Shown here: positions 10,276-23,685 of the stretch, piece by piece
How the letters are laid out: each line of letters starts with the position of its first letter
Position numbering within the stretch: position 1 is the stretch's first letter
From: an uncultured Deinococcaceae bacterium
GTDB lineage: Bacteria; Deinococcota; Deinococci; Deinococcales; Deinococcaceae
Direction: 5' to 3'
Assembly (NCBI GenBank): GCA_964252075.1
Contig: CAXULY010000017.1
Coordinates: 18,728-82,727, forward strand
DNA length: 64,000 bases
Position numbers and translations under genes: made by a program
Notes under the pieces: generated by a model
The model's input: only the letters and a program-made list of their open reading frames with translations
Databases searched by the model: none
What the model was told of the DNA's origin: nothing

Positions 10276-11301
10276 ATGGTCCGCGCCATGACGACCTCAC
10301 GTGAAGTGCAGCTCGCCGCCCGCCCGCAGGGCGCGCCGAAGGACGCCGACTTCCGCCTCGCGCAGCGCGACCTGCCGCCCACGCAGGACGGCGAGGTGCT
10401 CGTGCAGAACCTGTACTTGACCGTGGACCCCTACATGCGCGGGCGCATGAACGACGTGAAGTCCTACACCCCGCCGTACCAGCTGAACGAGCCCATGACG
10501 GGCGGCGCGGTCGGGCGCGTGCTGGAGTCCCGCGCCCAGGGCGTGCGGGCGGGCGACGTCGTGCTGCACGACCAGGGGTGGCGCACGCACGCCGTGCTGC
10601 CCGCCCGGCGCGTGAAGGTGCTGCAGCCGCAGCCAGGTGTACCGCTCAGCGCCTACCTGGGCGTGCTGGGGATGCCGGGGCTCACCGCGTACGCGGGCCT
10701 GCTGCGCGTCGCGGAATTCAAGGCGGGCGACGCGGTGTTCGTGTCCGGCGCGGCGGGCGCGGTGGGGAGCGCCGTGGGGCAGATCGCGCGCCTCAAGGGC
10801 GCGTCGCGCGTGGTGGGGAGCGCGGGCAGCGCGGAGAAGGTGGCGTGGCTGCGCGACCTGGGCTTCGACGCGGCCTTCAACTACAAGGACGGCCCGGTGA
10901 CGCAGCAGCTCGCGCAGGCGGCGCCGGACAGCATTGACGTGTACTTCGACAACGTGGGCGGCGAGCACCTGGAGGCCGCGATTGGCGCGCTGCGGCCCTT
11001 CGGGCGGGTGGCGCTGTGCGGCGCGATCAGCCAGTACAACCGCGCGGGCGAACCGACCGGGCCGCGCAACCTTGCGCTCGCCATCGGGAAGCAGCTCACC
11101 CTGCGCGGCTTCCTCGTGAACCCGCACTACGACCTCTTCGATCAGTTCACCCGGGAGGTCGGCAACTGGATCGCGAGCGGCGAACTGCGCTTCGAAGAGA
11201 CCGTCGTGGATGGCCTGGACGCCATGCCGGGCGCCTTCATGGGACTGCTGGAGGGGCGGAACACAGGGAAGATGATCGTGCGCCTCGGTGAGCCAGGGTG
11301 A
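10276..11301 (+). CDS. NADP-dependent oxidoreductase (CurA/PTGR-like MDR family)
   Basis: VDPYMRGRM, LGMPGLTAY, SGAAGAVGS, YFDNVGG, NTGKMIV. Confidence 0.9.
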   Translation: MVRAMTTSREVQLAARPQGAPKDADFRLAQRDLPPTQDGEVLVQNLYLTVDPYMRGRMNDVKSYTPPYQLNEPMTGGAVGRVLESRAQGVRAGDVVLHDQGWRTHAVLPARRVKVLQPQPGVPLSAYLGVLGMPGLTAYAGLLRVAEFKAGDAVFVSGAAGAVGSAVGQIARLKGASRVVGSAGSAEKVAWLRDLGFDAAFNYKDGPVTQQLAQAAPDSIDVYFDNVGGEHLEAAIGALRPFGRVALCGAISQYNRAGEPTGPRNLALAIGKQLTLRGFLVNPHYDLFDQFTREVGNWIASGELRFEETVVDGLDAMPGAFMGLLEGRNTGKMIVRLGEPG

Positions 11302-11342
11302 GGGCCGCGATCCGGTGGCCTCGCGCGCGCTAAGGTCGAGGC

Positions 11343-11924
11343 ATGAGCCGCGCCGCGCCCGCTGCCCAACTCACGCCCGCTGACCTGCGCGCCCTGGGGC
11401 GCTTCCTGGCGAGCAACCCGCAGGGACCGGACGTGGCGTGGCTGGACGGCTACCTGCATGGGGTGGCCGCCCTGCCCGAACCCCTGCCGCCCGCCGAGTG
11501 GCTGCAGGCCGTCACACCGCCCGCCGCGACGGTCACGGCGGCGCACGCGCGGCGGTACTACGCCCTGGTGTCGCGGCATCAGGCGGCGGTGGCGGCGCAA
11601 CTTCAGGCGGGGCAACCCCAGCCCCTGAGCGATGGCACACCCGAGGATGCCGCGCGCTGGCTGGCGGGCTTCGCGCGCGGCCTCACCCGGCAGCCGGGGG
11701 CCATTCAGCGCCTGCAGGGAATGCCGGACGCCGCCCAGCTGGCCCTGCTGGTCCTCGCGCACGCCGAGGTGGGCGCCGCACCCGGGTCGCCCGCCGCCCA
11801 GGCGCTCCTGAACCGCACGCGCGAGTACACCGCCGACACCCTGGAGCGCAGCGACCCGCAGCAGAACCGCGCCTTCCTGGCCGCCCTCGCGGTGCTGGCC
11901 TGCGGCCTGCTGCGCCGCCCGTGA
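11343..11924 (+). CDS. UPF0149/YecA-like protein
   Basis: WLDGYLHGVAALPEPLPPAEWL and WLAGFARG resemble YecA/YgfB motifs; TAAGGT -10 box 6 nt upstream. Confidence 0.6.
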   Translation: MSRAAPAAQLTPADLRALGRFLASNPQGPDVAWLDGYLHGVAALPEPLPPAEWLQAVTPPAATVTAAHARRYYALVSRHQAAVAAQLQAGQPQPLSDGTPEDAARWLAGFARGLTRQPGAIQRLQGMPDAAQLALLVLAHAEVGAAPGSPAAQALLNRTREYTADTLERSDPQQNRAFLAALAVLACGLLRRP

Positions 11925-12532
11925 TCCCGCCACCCGCACGGGCCTACCCGCCCGCCTTCTTCAACCGCGACCCCGTGCGGGTGGCGCGCGAGCTGCTGGG
12001 CTCCGTGCTGGTGCGCACCCTGGAGGACGGGCGGGTGATGGCGGGCCGCGTGGTGGAGGCGGAGGCCTACGACTGCCCGCGCGACCCCGCCTGCACGGCG
12101 GGCCGCTTTCACGCGGCGCGCACGCTGGCGCTCGCGGGGTCGCCCGGCACCTTCGTGTTCTGGGTGGCGCACAACCACCCGCTGCTGCAGGTGAGCTGCC
12201 GCGCGGCGGGCGTCGCGGCGAGCGTGCTGCTGCGCGCCCTGGAGCCCGTGGCGGGCGTGCCCGCCATGCTGGAGTTCCGGCCCGTGACGCGCGAGCAGAA
12301 CCTCACGAGTGGCCCCGCGAAGCTCGTGCAGGCCCTGCACGTCACGCCGGACTTCAAGGGTGAGCCGTCGAACGGGTCGGCCCTGTTCCTCGCGCCGGGC
12401 GAGCCCGTGCCGGACGGGCAGGTGACGGTCACGGCGCGGGTGGGCCTTCAGGGCGGGCAGAACCTGCCCTGGCGCTTCCTGGAGGCCGGGAACCCCTGGG
12501 TGTCGCCCGGCGTGCCCAGCATGGAACTTTGA
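11921..12532 (+). CDS. mpg: DNA-3-methyladenine glycosylase (AAG/Mpg family)
   Basis: VARELLG, GRVVEAEAY, VLLRALEP, SGPAKL, RVGL, PWRF; GTG start overlaps the upstream stop. Confidence 0.88.
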   Translation: MIPPPARAYPPAFFNRDPVRVARELLGSVLVRTLEDGRVMAGRVVEAEAYDCPRDPACTAGRFHAARTLALAGSPGTFVFWVAHNHPLLQVSCRAAGVAASVLLRALEPVAGVPAMLEFRPVTREQNLTSGPAKLVQALHVTPDFKGEPSNGSALFLAPGEPVPDGQVTVTARVGLQGGQNLPWRFLEAGNPWVSPGVPSMEL

Positions 12533-12545
12533 AAGCGCCGCCAGG

Positions 12546-13307
12546 TCAGACCGCTCCGCGCTCAAGTTTACGAATAAGGGAGCGCAAGTTAAAATCTACT
12601 GCGATCAAAGCTGTGCAAGTCATAATAGAAATACCGATAAGAGCAAAAGGGCTCTCGGCAGAACGAGACATGTCCTCCTGTTGGTAAAACTTGTATATAT
12701 AAAATACCGACAGGATGATCGCTGTTAAAGGGCTCAAGTAGCGCTCGTAACGCAGCGCCTTCACTTTATTTTTTACAACCACCTGGCGTATGACATCTCC
12801 ACTTAGGCCAATATAGTTACCCGCAAATAAGTAGAATATAAGGTCAGGCAAATTCATTTGGCCGTTTACTGAAAATAAAAATAACGTCAGAGTGAAGAAG
12901 ATAAGTTTAAGGATTACTCTGCTCTGTCCCAGAAACTGGCGAAGGGACAGTTGCCGCAGCCGCTTCTCCTCTTCAGCTGTTAAAAATTCCCGACTGTACT
13001 GATGGGCAGCTCTTCCGGGAACCCCGAGGTCAGCGATAGCTTGTTTCCAAGCGTTGACCTCATCAAGACCTTCGCTTGTGAGCCGCTCCACGGCAAGATC
13101 AACCCGTTGCCGGATTAGCACTTCAATTTCCGCTCTTGCAGCCTGCGACAGCTGCCGTGTCGCTGACCAAATCCATGACGCCAGCGCGCGCCGGAATCTC
13201 CCCACGCCCTGCAGGTCTGAGCTGCCGTTCTGGTCGATCCAAGCGAGCAATTCCGCCTCGGTCCATCGGGCCGAACTGTTCACAGCGGTGAGCTGTAAGG
13301 CATCCAC
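12546..13307 (-). CDS. Hypothetical membrane protein with an N-terminal HAAS/permease-prefix-like helical segment; AT-rich
   Basis: 253-aa ORF with EGLDEVNAWKQAIADLG pattern and about 4 TM helices; TATGCT -10 box 5 nt before the GTG. Confidence 0.65.
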   Translation of the reverse strand: MDALQLTAVNSSARWTEAELLAWIDQNGSSDLQGVGRFRRALASWIWSATRQLSQAARAEIEVLIRQRVDLAVERLTSEGLDEVNAWKQAIADLGVPGRAAHQYSREFLTAEEEKRLRQLSLRQFLGQSRVILKLIFFTLTLFLFSVNGQMNLPDLIFYLFAGNYIGLSGDVIRQVVVKNKVKALRYERYLSPLTAIILSVFYIYKFYQQEDMSRSAESPFALIGISIMTCTALIAVDFNLRSLIRKLERGAV

Positions 13308-13352
13308 ACCTCAGCATACGAGGCCGGGCTCAGTGAAGCTCCACCCGTGGGC

Positions 13353-13565
13353 TCAAACGACATACCTGAGAAGGGGGTGGCCCACCCGTTCCTCACTGAG
13401 CCCGTACCCGCGCGCCGTGTCGATGAGGGTCACGCCGAGGTCCACGGCGCGGTTCAGGAGGGTCCCGGCGTCGTCCTCCGTGACGTCCGCGCCGCCCACC
13501 TGCGTCGCCCCGAAGCCCAGGGCGCTCACCGTGAGGCCCGTGCTGCCGAATGCACGCTGAATCAT
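13353..13565 (-). pseudogene. Truncated aldo/keto reductase (N-terminal ~60 aa only)
   Basis: MIQRAFGSTGLTVSALGFGATQVGG...AVDLGVTLIDTARGYGLSEERVG is a classic AKR N-terminus, followed by an unrelated tail and a stop. Full AKRs are about 300 aa. Confidence 0.8.
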
Positions 13566-13582
13566 GCGGGTGAGCATACCCT

Positions 13583-15403
<1,821 letters not shown>

Positions 15404-15437
15404 GGGTCAGCCCAGGGTCTTTCGGCCTAGTGGCGGG

Positions 15438-15905
15438 TCAGCGCGCGCGGTCGGGGATGAGCAGCAGGCGCAGCAGTTTGTTGCCGGACCACACGCTGGA
15501 CAGGTGCGACACGAAGTACGAGTTGTACACCCCGTAGTACACGGGGCCCGGCAGGGTGTTGGAAGGGTAACTGCCCTGGCTGCCGATCACGCGGATGGGG
15601 AAGCTGAGCGACAGGGCCGCGACGACCACCGCGCCCAGCACCAGCCCGCCCACGCCGCCCACGCCGAGCTGCCAGAACTGCGTGACGGGCTCTGGCATCA
15701 GGCGCTGCGCGCCCCACGCGGCCACCAGGCCAAGCGCCGCCGCCAGGATCAGCGCCACCAGCGGCAGCGGCGAGAACAGGTTGACCACCAGCAGCGCCAC
15801 CAGCGTGAACACGGCCCACACGGCGCCCGCCAGGCCGCGCCGGATGCCCATGGTCGTGATGGCGGCCAGCAGCGTCACGAGCAGCGCGTCGAACCAGGTG
15901 ATCAT
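15438..15905 (-). CDS. Hypothetical membrane protein (CvpA-like N-terminus)
   Basis: MITWFDALLVTLLAAITTMGIRRGLAG; 4 hydrophobic segments; TACAAT -10 box upstream. Confidence 0.65.
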   Translation of the reverse strand: MITWFDALLVTLLAAITTMGIRRGLAGAVWAVFTLVALLVVNLFSPLPLVALILAAALGLVAAWGAQRLMPEPVTQFWQLGVGGVGGLVLGAVVVAALSLSFPIRVIGSQGSYPSNTLPGPVYYGVYNSYFVSHLSSVWSGNKLLRLLLIPDRAR

Positions 15906-15995
15906 CTCCAGGCATTGTAAGGCGCGCCCGGCTTTCGGCGCGCCAAATGTGCCGGGGGAGCGCCGACGTGGCGCGCGAAGGCCTAGCATGAGGAC

Positions 15996-16640
15996 ATGAT
16001 TCGACTGCTGCTGGCCGACGACCACGCGCTGTTCCGGCAGGGCCTGCGGAGCCTGCTGGAAAGCGAGGGTCTGCGGGTGATCGGGGAGGCCGCGAACGGC
16101 CGCGAGGCGATCCGGTACGCCGCCGAGACCCACCCGGACGTGATTCTCATGGACATTCAGATGCCGGAGCTGGACGGCGTGAAGGCCACGCAGAGCATCC
16201 TGGAGATCAACCCGGACGCGCGCGTGATTGTGATCACCATGTACCGCCAGGACCGCTACGTGTTCGAGGCGGTGAAGGCGGGCGCGCGCGGGTACGTACT
16301 GAAGGACGCGGACGCCACCACGCTGCTGGACGCCATCCGCAGGGTCGCGGCGGGCGAGGCGCTGCTCAGCCCGGACCTCGCGCAGAACGTGCTGGACGAC
16401 TTCCGCGACAAGCGCGAGGTGCTGCCCAGCGGCAAGCACGCCGACCTGAACGAGCGCGAAACCATGATCCTGAAGTTGCTCGCGCAGGGGCACAGCAACC
16501 AGGACATCGCGCTCAGGCTGGACATCTCGGAGAAGACGGTCCGCAACCGCCTGTCGGAGATTTTCACGAAGCTGCAGCTGAACAACCGCACGCAGGCGGC
16601 GCTGTACGCGATTCGCGAGGGCATCGCGAACCTGGAGTGA
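15996..16640 (+). CDS. NarL/LuxR-family response regulator with no adjacent kinase
   Basis: LLADDH, MDIQMP, YVLKD receiver domain and a LuxR HTH ([17 protein letters not shown]). Confidence 0.93.
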   Translation: MIRLLLADDHALFRQGLRSLLESEGLRVIGEAANGREAIRYAAETHPDVILMDIQMPELDGVKATQSILEINPDARVIVITMYRQDRYVFEAVKAGARGYVLKDADATTLLDAIRRVAAGEALLSPDLAQNVLDDFRDKREVLPSGKHADLNERETMILKLLAQGHSNQDIALRLDISEKTVRNRLSEIFTKLQLNNRTQAALYAIREGIANLE

Positions 16641-16698
16641 GGTGTGCAGGCGCCGGGCGGGGAGGGACCCCGCCCGGCGCCTGTTGTTCAGCCTGACA

Positions 16699-16950
16699 TC
16701 AGGTGGCCAGGTTCAGTTCGGCCGCGCAGGTGGGGCAGCAGCGGATCTCCCGCACGGTCTCCACGCCCCAGCCGCCAGGGTCGTCGCGCCGAGGGGCGCG
16801 CCTGCGGCGTCCTCTCGGCTGGTCGCGGGGCGGTGGGGCGGGCTGGGCGTCCTTGCGGTGCGGGTACTGCACGCGGCGGGTTTCGGTGGGGACCAGCACG
16901 CTGGGCGTGCCAGCGCCTTGAAGCTGCTGGCAGCGGTCGCATCGGTCCAT
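16699..16950 (-). CDS. Small putative zinc-binding hypothetical protein
   Basis: MDRCDRCQ...DDPGGWGVETVREIRCCPTCA: terminal Cys pairs around an Arg-rich insert. Confidence 0.6.
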   Translation of the reverse strand: MDRCDRCQQLQGAGTPSVLVPTETRRVQYPHRKDAQPAPPPRDQPRGRRRRAPRRDDPGGWGVETVREIRCCPTCAAELNLAT

Positions 16951-17198
16951 GGTGGCAGCCTTGGTGCGGGCGGAGGTGGCTGCGGCCCGGTGGGGGCGTG
17001 GATCGGCCAGCATTCCCGTGTGAGCGGGCGCGGCGAATGGTCTGTGGTGTCAGTGCAAGCGTGGCGGCGTTGGCGAGGGGGTTCCCTGTGGAGGAAACGG
17101 GCCGCGTCCCTGGGTGACCCCAGCGTAGCATGGGCACCCCCGTAACTGTGCCGCCGCGCGCCCGCCCGACTTGGACGGACCCTAGAATGCGGGTCAGC

Positions 17199-17426
17199 AT
17201 GCCGCGCGCCCATCAACACGAGACGCTCTACCAGGCCGGGTGCGGGCGGCAGTGGCCCGCGCCGGGGAATGCGCCGGACCTCGCGTACACCGCGCTGGCC
17301 TTCCCGGAGTGCCCTGCCTGTCCGCACCGCGTGACGCCGGAGGGCGCGCCACCCTTCTGCACAGTGCGCCCCCTGGACAGGACGAATCCCTTCGCGGCGC
17401 TCGCTGGACTACAGTTGCCGGAATGA
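17199..17426 (+). CDS. Small Cys-rich hypothetical protein
   Basis: MPRAHQHETLYQAGCGR...ECPACPHRV...FCTVRP...NPFAAL; TAGAAT box upstream; stop overlaps the next ATG. Confidence 0.65.
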   Translation: MPRAHQHETLYQAGCGRQWPAPGNAPDLAYTALAFPECPACPHRVTPEGAPPFCTVRPLDRTNPFAALAGLQLPE

Positions 17427-18292
17427 CGTTCAACGAACTGGAGCGGGCGTTCCTCACGCGCCTGGGTACAGAGGGCTTCGCGGGCACGGCGGCGCTGGTC
17501 GTGACGACCCTTGAGGGCGCGCCGCTGCTGGGGGTGCAGCCGGAGCGGGTGTTCCCGTCCGCGAGCACCATCAAGGTGCCGCTCCTCGTGTGCGCGCTCG
17601 CGGCGGTGCAGGCGGGCGCCCTGCGCCTGGATGAGCGCGTGCCGTTGCGCGCCGAGGACCGCGTGGGCGGCTCCGGGGTGCTGCACGAACTGCAGCCGGG
17701 CGTGGCGTTCTCGTGGCTGGACCTGCTGACCCTCATGACGGTCGTGAGTGACAACACCGCGACGAACGTGGTGATTGACCGCCTCGGCGCGGACGACTTC
17801 AACGTGTGGCTCTCCACGCGCGGCCTGCACGACACGCGCCTGATCGGGCGCCTGCAGCTACCGCCCGAGCGGCAGAACGCCGCGCAGCGCCGGGGCGAGC
17901 GCAACCGCACGAGCGCGCGCGATCAGGTGCGCCTGCTGCTGGACCTGTGGGCGGGCCGGGTGCTGAACGCGGAACTCACAGCGCTCGCGCTGGACATCCT
18001 GGGGCGACAGCAGTTGCGGGACCTGATCGGGCGGGGCGTGCCGTGCGGGCCGGACGGCGCGCCCCTGTACCGGGTGCTGTCCAAGAGCGGGGAGCTTGCG
18101 GGCGTGCATCACGACGTGGGGGTGCTGCTCACCCCCCGCCCGCTGGTGGTGGCCCTGCTGTCCGAGGGCGGGAGCGACCCGCGCGAGCACCCGGAGAACC
18201 GGGACGTGGGGCTACTAAGCCGCGCGCTCTGGTCGGTTTTGTCCGTGCTGGGGGACATTCCGCCTGTGCCCGAGGGCGTAGATTCGGTGTGA
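17423..18292 (+). CDS. Serine hydrolase, class A beta-lactamase-like family
   Basis: SxxK (STIK), SDN and KSG motifs; no signal peptide. Confidence 0.85.
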   Translation: MTFNELERAFLTRLGTEGFAGTAALVVTTLEGAPLLGVQPERVFPSASTIKVPLLVCALAAVQAGALRLDERVPLRAEDRVGGSGVLHELQPGVAFSWLDLLTLMTVVSDNTATNVVIDRLGADDFNVWLSTRGLHDTRLIGRLQLPPERQNAAQRRGERNRTSARDQVRLLLDLWAGRVLNAELTALALDILGRQQLRDLIGRGVPCGPDGAPLYRVLSKSGELAGVHHDVGVLLTPRPLVVALLSEGGSDPREHPENRDVGLLSRALWSVLSVLGDIPPVPEGVDSV

Positions 18293-18391
18293 TGGCCGGA
18301 ATCTGGCCGCTCCTCACCCGGGGTGCGGCGGGAACGTTATCCTGGGGGGAAATCGGCACGGAGGGTGCCAACCCAACTTTGAGGGAGTGAG

Positions 18392-19243
18392 ATGGAACGA
18401 AACGACATTGTCATGCCATCGGTCGCCATCGTGGTCGCGGCGGTGATGTGGGTGCTGCTGCTCTTCATGTTCAACAACGAGACGCAGGCGCCCCCCATCG
18501 AGGTGAGCCCGCAGGCGAAAGCCGCCGCCGCGCAGGCGTGGCCCACCACGGGCAAGCAGGTGTTCACCACGAACTGCGAGGGCTGCCACGGCGCCGCTGG
18601 TCAGGGCGGCGCGGGTCCCAAGCTGGCCGGTGACCAGCGCATCCTGGAAGACCCGGGCATCATCATCCACAACGTGACCAAGGGCAAGGGCGCCATGCCC
18701 GCCTTCCCCAACCTCAAGACGGAGGAAGTGCTGGCGGTCTCGAACTACGTGCTGAACAGCTTCGGCAACAAGCACGAGATCCTCGGCCCGGAGGTCTTCC
18801 AGCAGGCGAGCGGCCCGAGCCCCGAGGCGCTGAAGGTGCGCTCGCGCTTCGTGCCCGAGGAGATCAGCCAGCCGGAGATCTTCCTGACCATCTTCGTGGT
18901 GCTGCTGCTCACCTACGGCGTGATCGGGCTGTTCAGCGCGTGGGCGGAAGGCAACGAGCTGCGCCCCGGCATTCACAAGGTGCGCAGCTCGCCGCTGGCG
19001 ATGCTCGCGATGGTCGCGACGCTCGCGGGCGTCATTCTGTTCGGCGTGCTGTTCGTGGTGGAGATCGTGCGCGGCATTCAGGGCATGAACAGCGACCCGG
19101 CCATTCCGCCGAACGTCACGCGCGAGGGGTTCTTCTCGGCCATGGTGGTGCTGCTGCTGGCGATCGCCCTCGGCCTGTACAAGAAGTACTTCATGGACGG
19201 AGAGGCCCTGATCGAGGACGCCAGCGGCGAGTTCCCCTGGTGA
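18392..19243 (+). CDS. Membrane-bound c-type cytochrome subunit of the cytochrome bc complex
   Basis: N-terminal TM, one CEGCH heme motif, distal Met in GAMP, three C-terminal TMs; first gene of the Rieske/cyt b operon. Confidence 0.85.
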   Translation: MERNDIVMPSVAIVVAAVMWVLLLFMFNNETQAPPIEVSPQAKAAAAQAWPTTGKQVFTTNCEGCHGAAGQGGAGPKLAGDQRILEDPGIIIHNVTKGKGAMPAFPNLKTEEVLAVSNYVLNSFGNKHEILGPEVFQQASGPSPEALKVRSRFVPEEISQPEIFLTIFVVLLLTYGVIGLFSAWAEGNELRPGIHKVRSSPLAMLAMVATLAGVILFGVLFVVEIVRGIQGMNSDPAIPPNVTREGFFSAMVVLLLAIALGLYKKYFMDGEALIEDASGEFPW

Positions 19244-19271
19244 GGCGCCGCGCGGCAACTGGAGCAATGCA

Positions 19272-19922
19272 ATGACCAAGTACACACGAGTTGATCCTGA
19301 AGTCACCCGGCGCAAGTTCATCAACGTGGCGCTGGGCACCACCGCCGGCATTGGCGGCATCAGCCTCCTCACGGTGGTCGGGGGGCTCAAGCCCTCCAAC
19401 CTCATCACCCCAAACAAGCAGCTCCCCACGCCCGGCGACGTGCTGATCCACGCGGACGGCCCGAAGAAGGGCCAGCCCGTCGCGGTGGCGGACGTCACGC
19501 CCGGGCAGGCGGTCTTCGCGTACCCGCAGGGCAAGAGCAAGGACGGCAATGTGGTGCGGGACGGCCAGCCGCGCAACCAGATCGCGCTGGTGAAGTTTGA
19601 TCCCGGCCAGCTGAAACCCCCGACCGACACGAAGGACGCGCCGAACGGCCTGATCGGGTACTCCAGTCAGTGCATGCACCTGGGCTGCGCGGTCGCGTAC
19701 CGCCCGCAGGAGGACATCTTCCAGTGCCCCTGCCACGGCGGGCAGTACGACCCCACGCAGGCCTGCAAGGTGATCGGCGGCCCGCCGCCCGCGCCCCTGC
19801 CGCAGCTGCCGCTGCGCGTGGACGGCAACAACGTGGTGGTGGCGGGCGTGTTCACGAGCGCGCCCTTCGGGCTCTCCGAGGCCGAATTCACCTCGCAGGT
19901 CGAGGCCCTCAAGAAGGCCTGA
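19272..19922 (+). CDS. Rieske 2Fe-2S subunit of the cytochrome bc complex
   Basis: Tat motif TRRKFI; CMHLGC and CPCHGGQY boxes. Confidence 0.95.
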   Translation: MTKYTRVDPEVTRRKFINVALGTTAGIGGISLLTVVGGLKPSNLITPNKQLPTPGDVLIHADGPKKGQPVAVADVTPGQAVFAYPQGKSKDGNVVRDGQPRNQIALVKFDPGQLKPPTDTKDAPNGLIGYSSQCMHLGCAVAYRPQEDIFQCPCHGGQYDPTQACKVIGGPPPAPLPQLPLRVDGNNVVVAGVFTSAPFGLSEAEFTSQVEALKKA

Positions 19923-20004
19923 TGCAGCCGCAATTTGTTGTCTGGGACGCTGCGGCGCGCCGATTTTCGGCGCACAATAAGTGCAGTACTGCTGGGAGGC
20001 CCGT

Positions 20005-21282
20005 ATGAACCAATGGCTCGATGAACGCCTGCACATCAGCCGCCTGAACGACAAGTTCCTGCGCAAGGCGTTTCCCGTTCACCACTCCTTCTTCCTGGGT
20101 GAGATCACGCTGTTCAGCTTGATTGTCCTGATCCTGACGGGCATCCTGCTGGCCTTCGTGTACGAACCCAGCGCGCAGCTCGTCGCGAACCCCACGGACG
20201 CCACGCAGCAGGTGCCGGCGGCGTACGCCAGCATCCTGCGCATCAACGCCATGCCGTACGGCGACATGCTGCGGCGCATTCACCACTGGTCGGCGCACCT
20301 GATGGTCGCCGCCGCCATCCTGCACATGATGCGCATTTACTTCACGGGCGCGTTCAAGAAGCCCCGTGAGATCAACTGGTGGTTCGGTCTGCTGCTGCTG
20401 GTGTTCACCATGATCGAAGCGGTCATGGGGTACACCCTGCCGGACGACAACTTCGCGAGCACCACGCTGGGCGTGGTCGCGCAGATCGCGGGCGCCATCC
20501 CCTGGATCGGCGACTGGATCTCGCAGGTGGCCTTCGCGGGGCACCTCCCGAACCTGGGCGTCATTCCGCGCGTGTACGGCTACCACATCATGCTGCTGCC
20601 CCTGATCCTGCTGGCGCTGACCGCCGCGCACATGCTGATCATGGTGAAGCAGAAGCACACGCAGCCGCAGTACGCCAAGCGCATCGCGTACAAGAAGATC
20701 GTGGGTGTGCCGCTGCTCGGTCAGCAGACGCCCATCATGATCATGCTGGCGCTCCTCATGACCGGCCTGGTGATTCTGTTCGCGTCGTTCATCCCGGTGC
20801 ACGCCGTCGAGGTGTACGGTCCGCCCAGCAACGCCGCGCCGCCCAACATCAAGCCCGACTGGTACCTGCTGTGGATCTTCGGTCTGCTGGAGATGATCCC
20901 GAGCAGCTTCAGCTTCACCTTCCTGGGCGGGAACTTCAGCACGGAGTTCTGGGGCGGCATCGTGGGCGCGGGTGTGGTCTTCGTGGTGCTGCTGGTGGTG
21001 CCGCTGCTGGACCGCAGCAAGGACAACCTCTACTACGCCGAGAACCCCACCGAGCACCCCAACCGCCTCGCGGCGGGCGTGGCGTTCCTGAGCCTGCTGA
21101 TCGTGTGGTCGGTCGCGGCGTACAAGAACGACTTCAACTGGCCGGTGGCGCCGCTGTGGATCCTGACCTTCGTGGTCCCAGCCGTCACGTACTTCATCAC
21201 GGTCGGCATCGCGCGCGGCATCCGGGCGCTGCGCGACGCGGATGAGCGCGAGAGCCGCGCCGCCGTCTCCGCGGACGACTGA
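20005..21282 (+). CDS. Cytochrome b subunit of the menaquinol:cytochrome c oxidoreductase
   Basis: [11 protein letters not shown]...HMMR, YHIM...AHML heme-ligand histidines; Qo motif PDWY; ATG at 20005 follows GGAGG. Confidence 0.95.
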   Translation: MNQWLDERLHISRLNDKFLRKAFPVHHSFFLGEITLFSLIVLILTGILLAFVYEPSAQLVANPTDATQQVPAAYASILRINAMPYGDMLRRIHHWSAHLMVAAAILHMMRIYFTGAFKKPREINWWFGLLLLVFTMIEAVMGYTLPDDNFASTTLGVVAQIAGAIPWIGDWISQVAFAGHLPNLGVIPRVYGYHIMLLPLILLALTAAHMLIMVKQKHTQPQYAKRIAYKKIVGVPLLGQQTPIMIMLALLMTGLVILFASFIPVHAVEVYGPPSNAAPPNIKPDWYLLWIFGLLEMIPSSFSFTFLGGNFSTEFWGGIVGAGVVFVVLLVVPLLDRSKDNLYYAENPTEHPNRLAAGVAFLSLLIVWSVAAYKNDFNWPVAPLWILTFVVPAVTYFITVGIARGIRALRDADERESRAAVSADD

Positions 21283-21297
21283 GCCGCGCGTCTGGAC

Positions 21298-21330
21298 AAC
21301 CGGGGGGCCAAAAGGCACCCCGGTTTTTTT
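21298..21330 (+). terminator. Intrinsic terminator of the cytochrome bc operon
   Basis: aaccggggggcc-aaaa-ggcaccccgg followed by a T7 run. Confidence 0.85.
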
Positions 21331-21362
21331 GCGGCGCGCCACCGCCACCTAGAATGACCAGC

Positions 21363-23435
<2,073 letters not shown>

Positions 23436-23485
23436 GCCGCGCGCCCTCCCCGCCCCCGCCCCGCGCGGGGGCGGCCTGCTTTGCC

Positions 23486-23515
23486 TTGCCGCAGGCCGCG
23501 CCCCTCCGCTAGCAT
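23486..23515 (+). promoter_or_regulatory. Putative sigma70 promoter for the corA leader
   Basis: TTGCCG (23486-91), 18 nt spacer, TAGCAT (23510-15). Confidence 0.5.
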
Positions 23516-23685
23516 GTGAAGGCTGCGCCCCGAGGGGCGCGCGTGGTGACCAGCCGAAGGAGGTGGTGGAGTGACAGCCGAAGACCAGCCGCCCAGTCAG
23601 GCCCCGACGTTCCTTGCACCCCACCGGACCGGGAGGTCACCATGCACCACATTCACAATTCATCTGCGCTCGGGGTGAGGGTCAC

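Noticed and set aside
17423..18292. Call as a functional beta-lactam resistance gene
   Set aside because: No signal peptide and no evident class A omega-loop Glu motif, so only a family-level call is justified.
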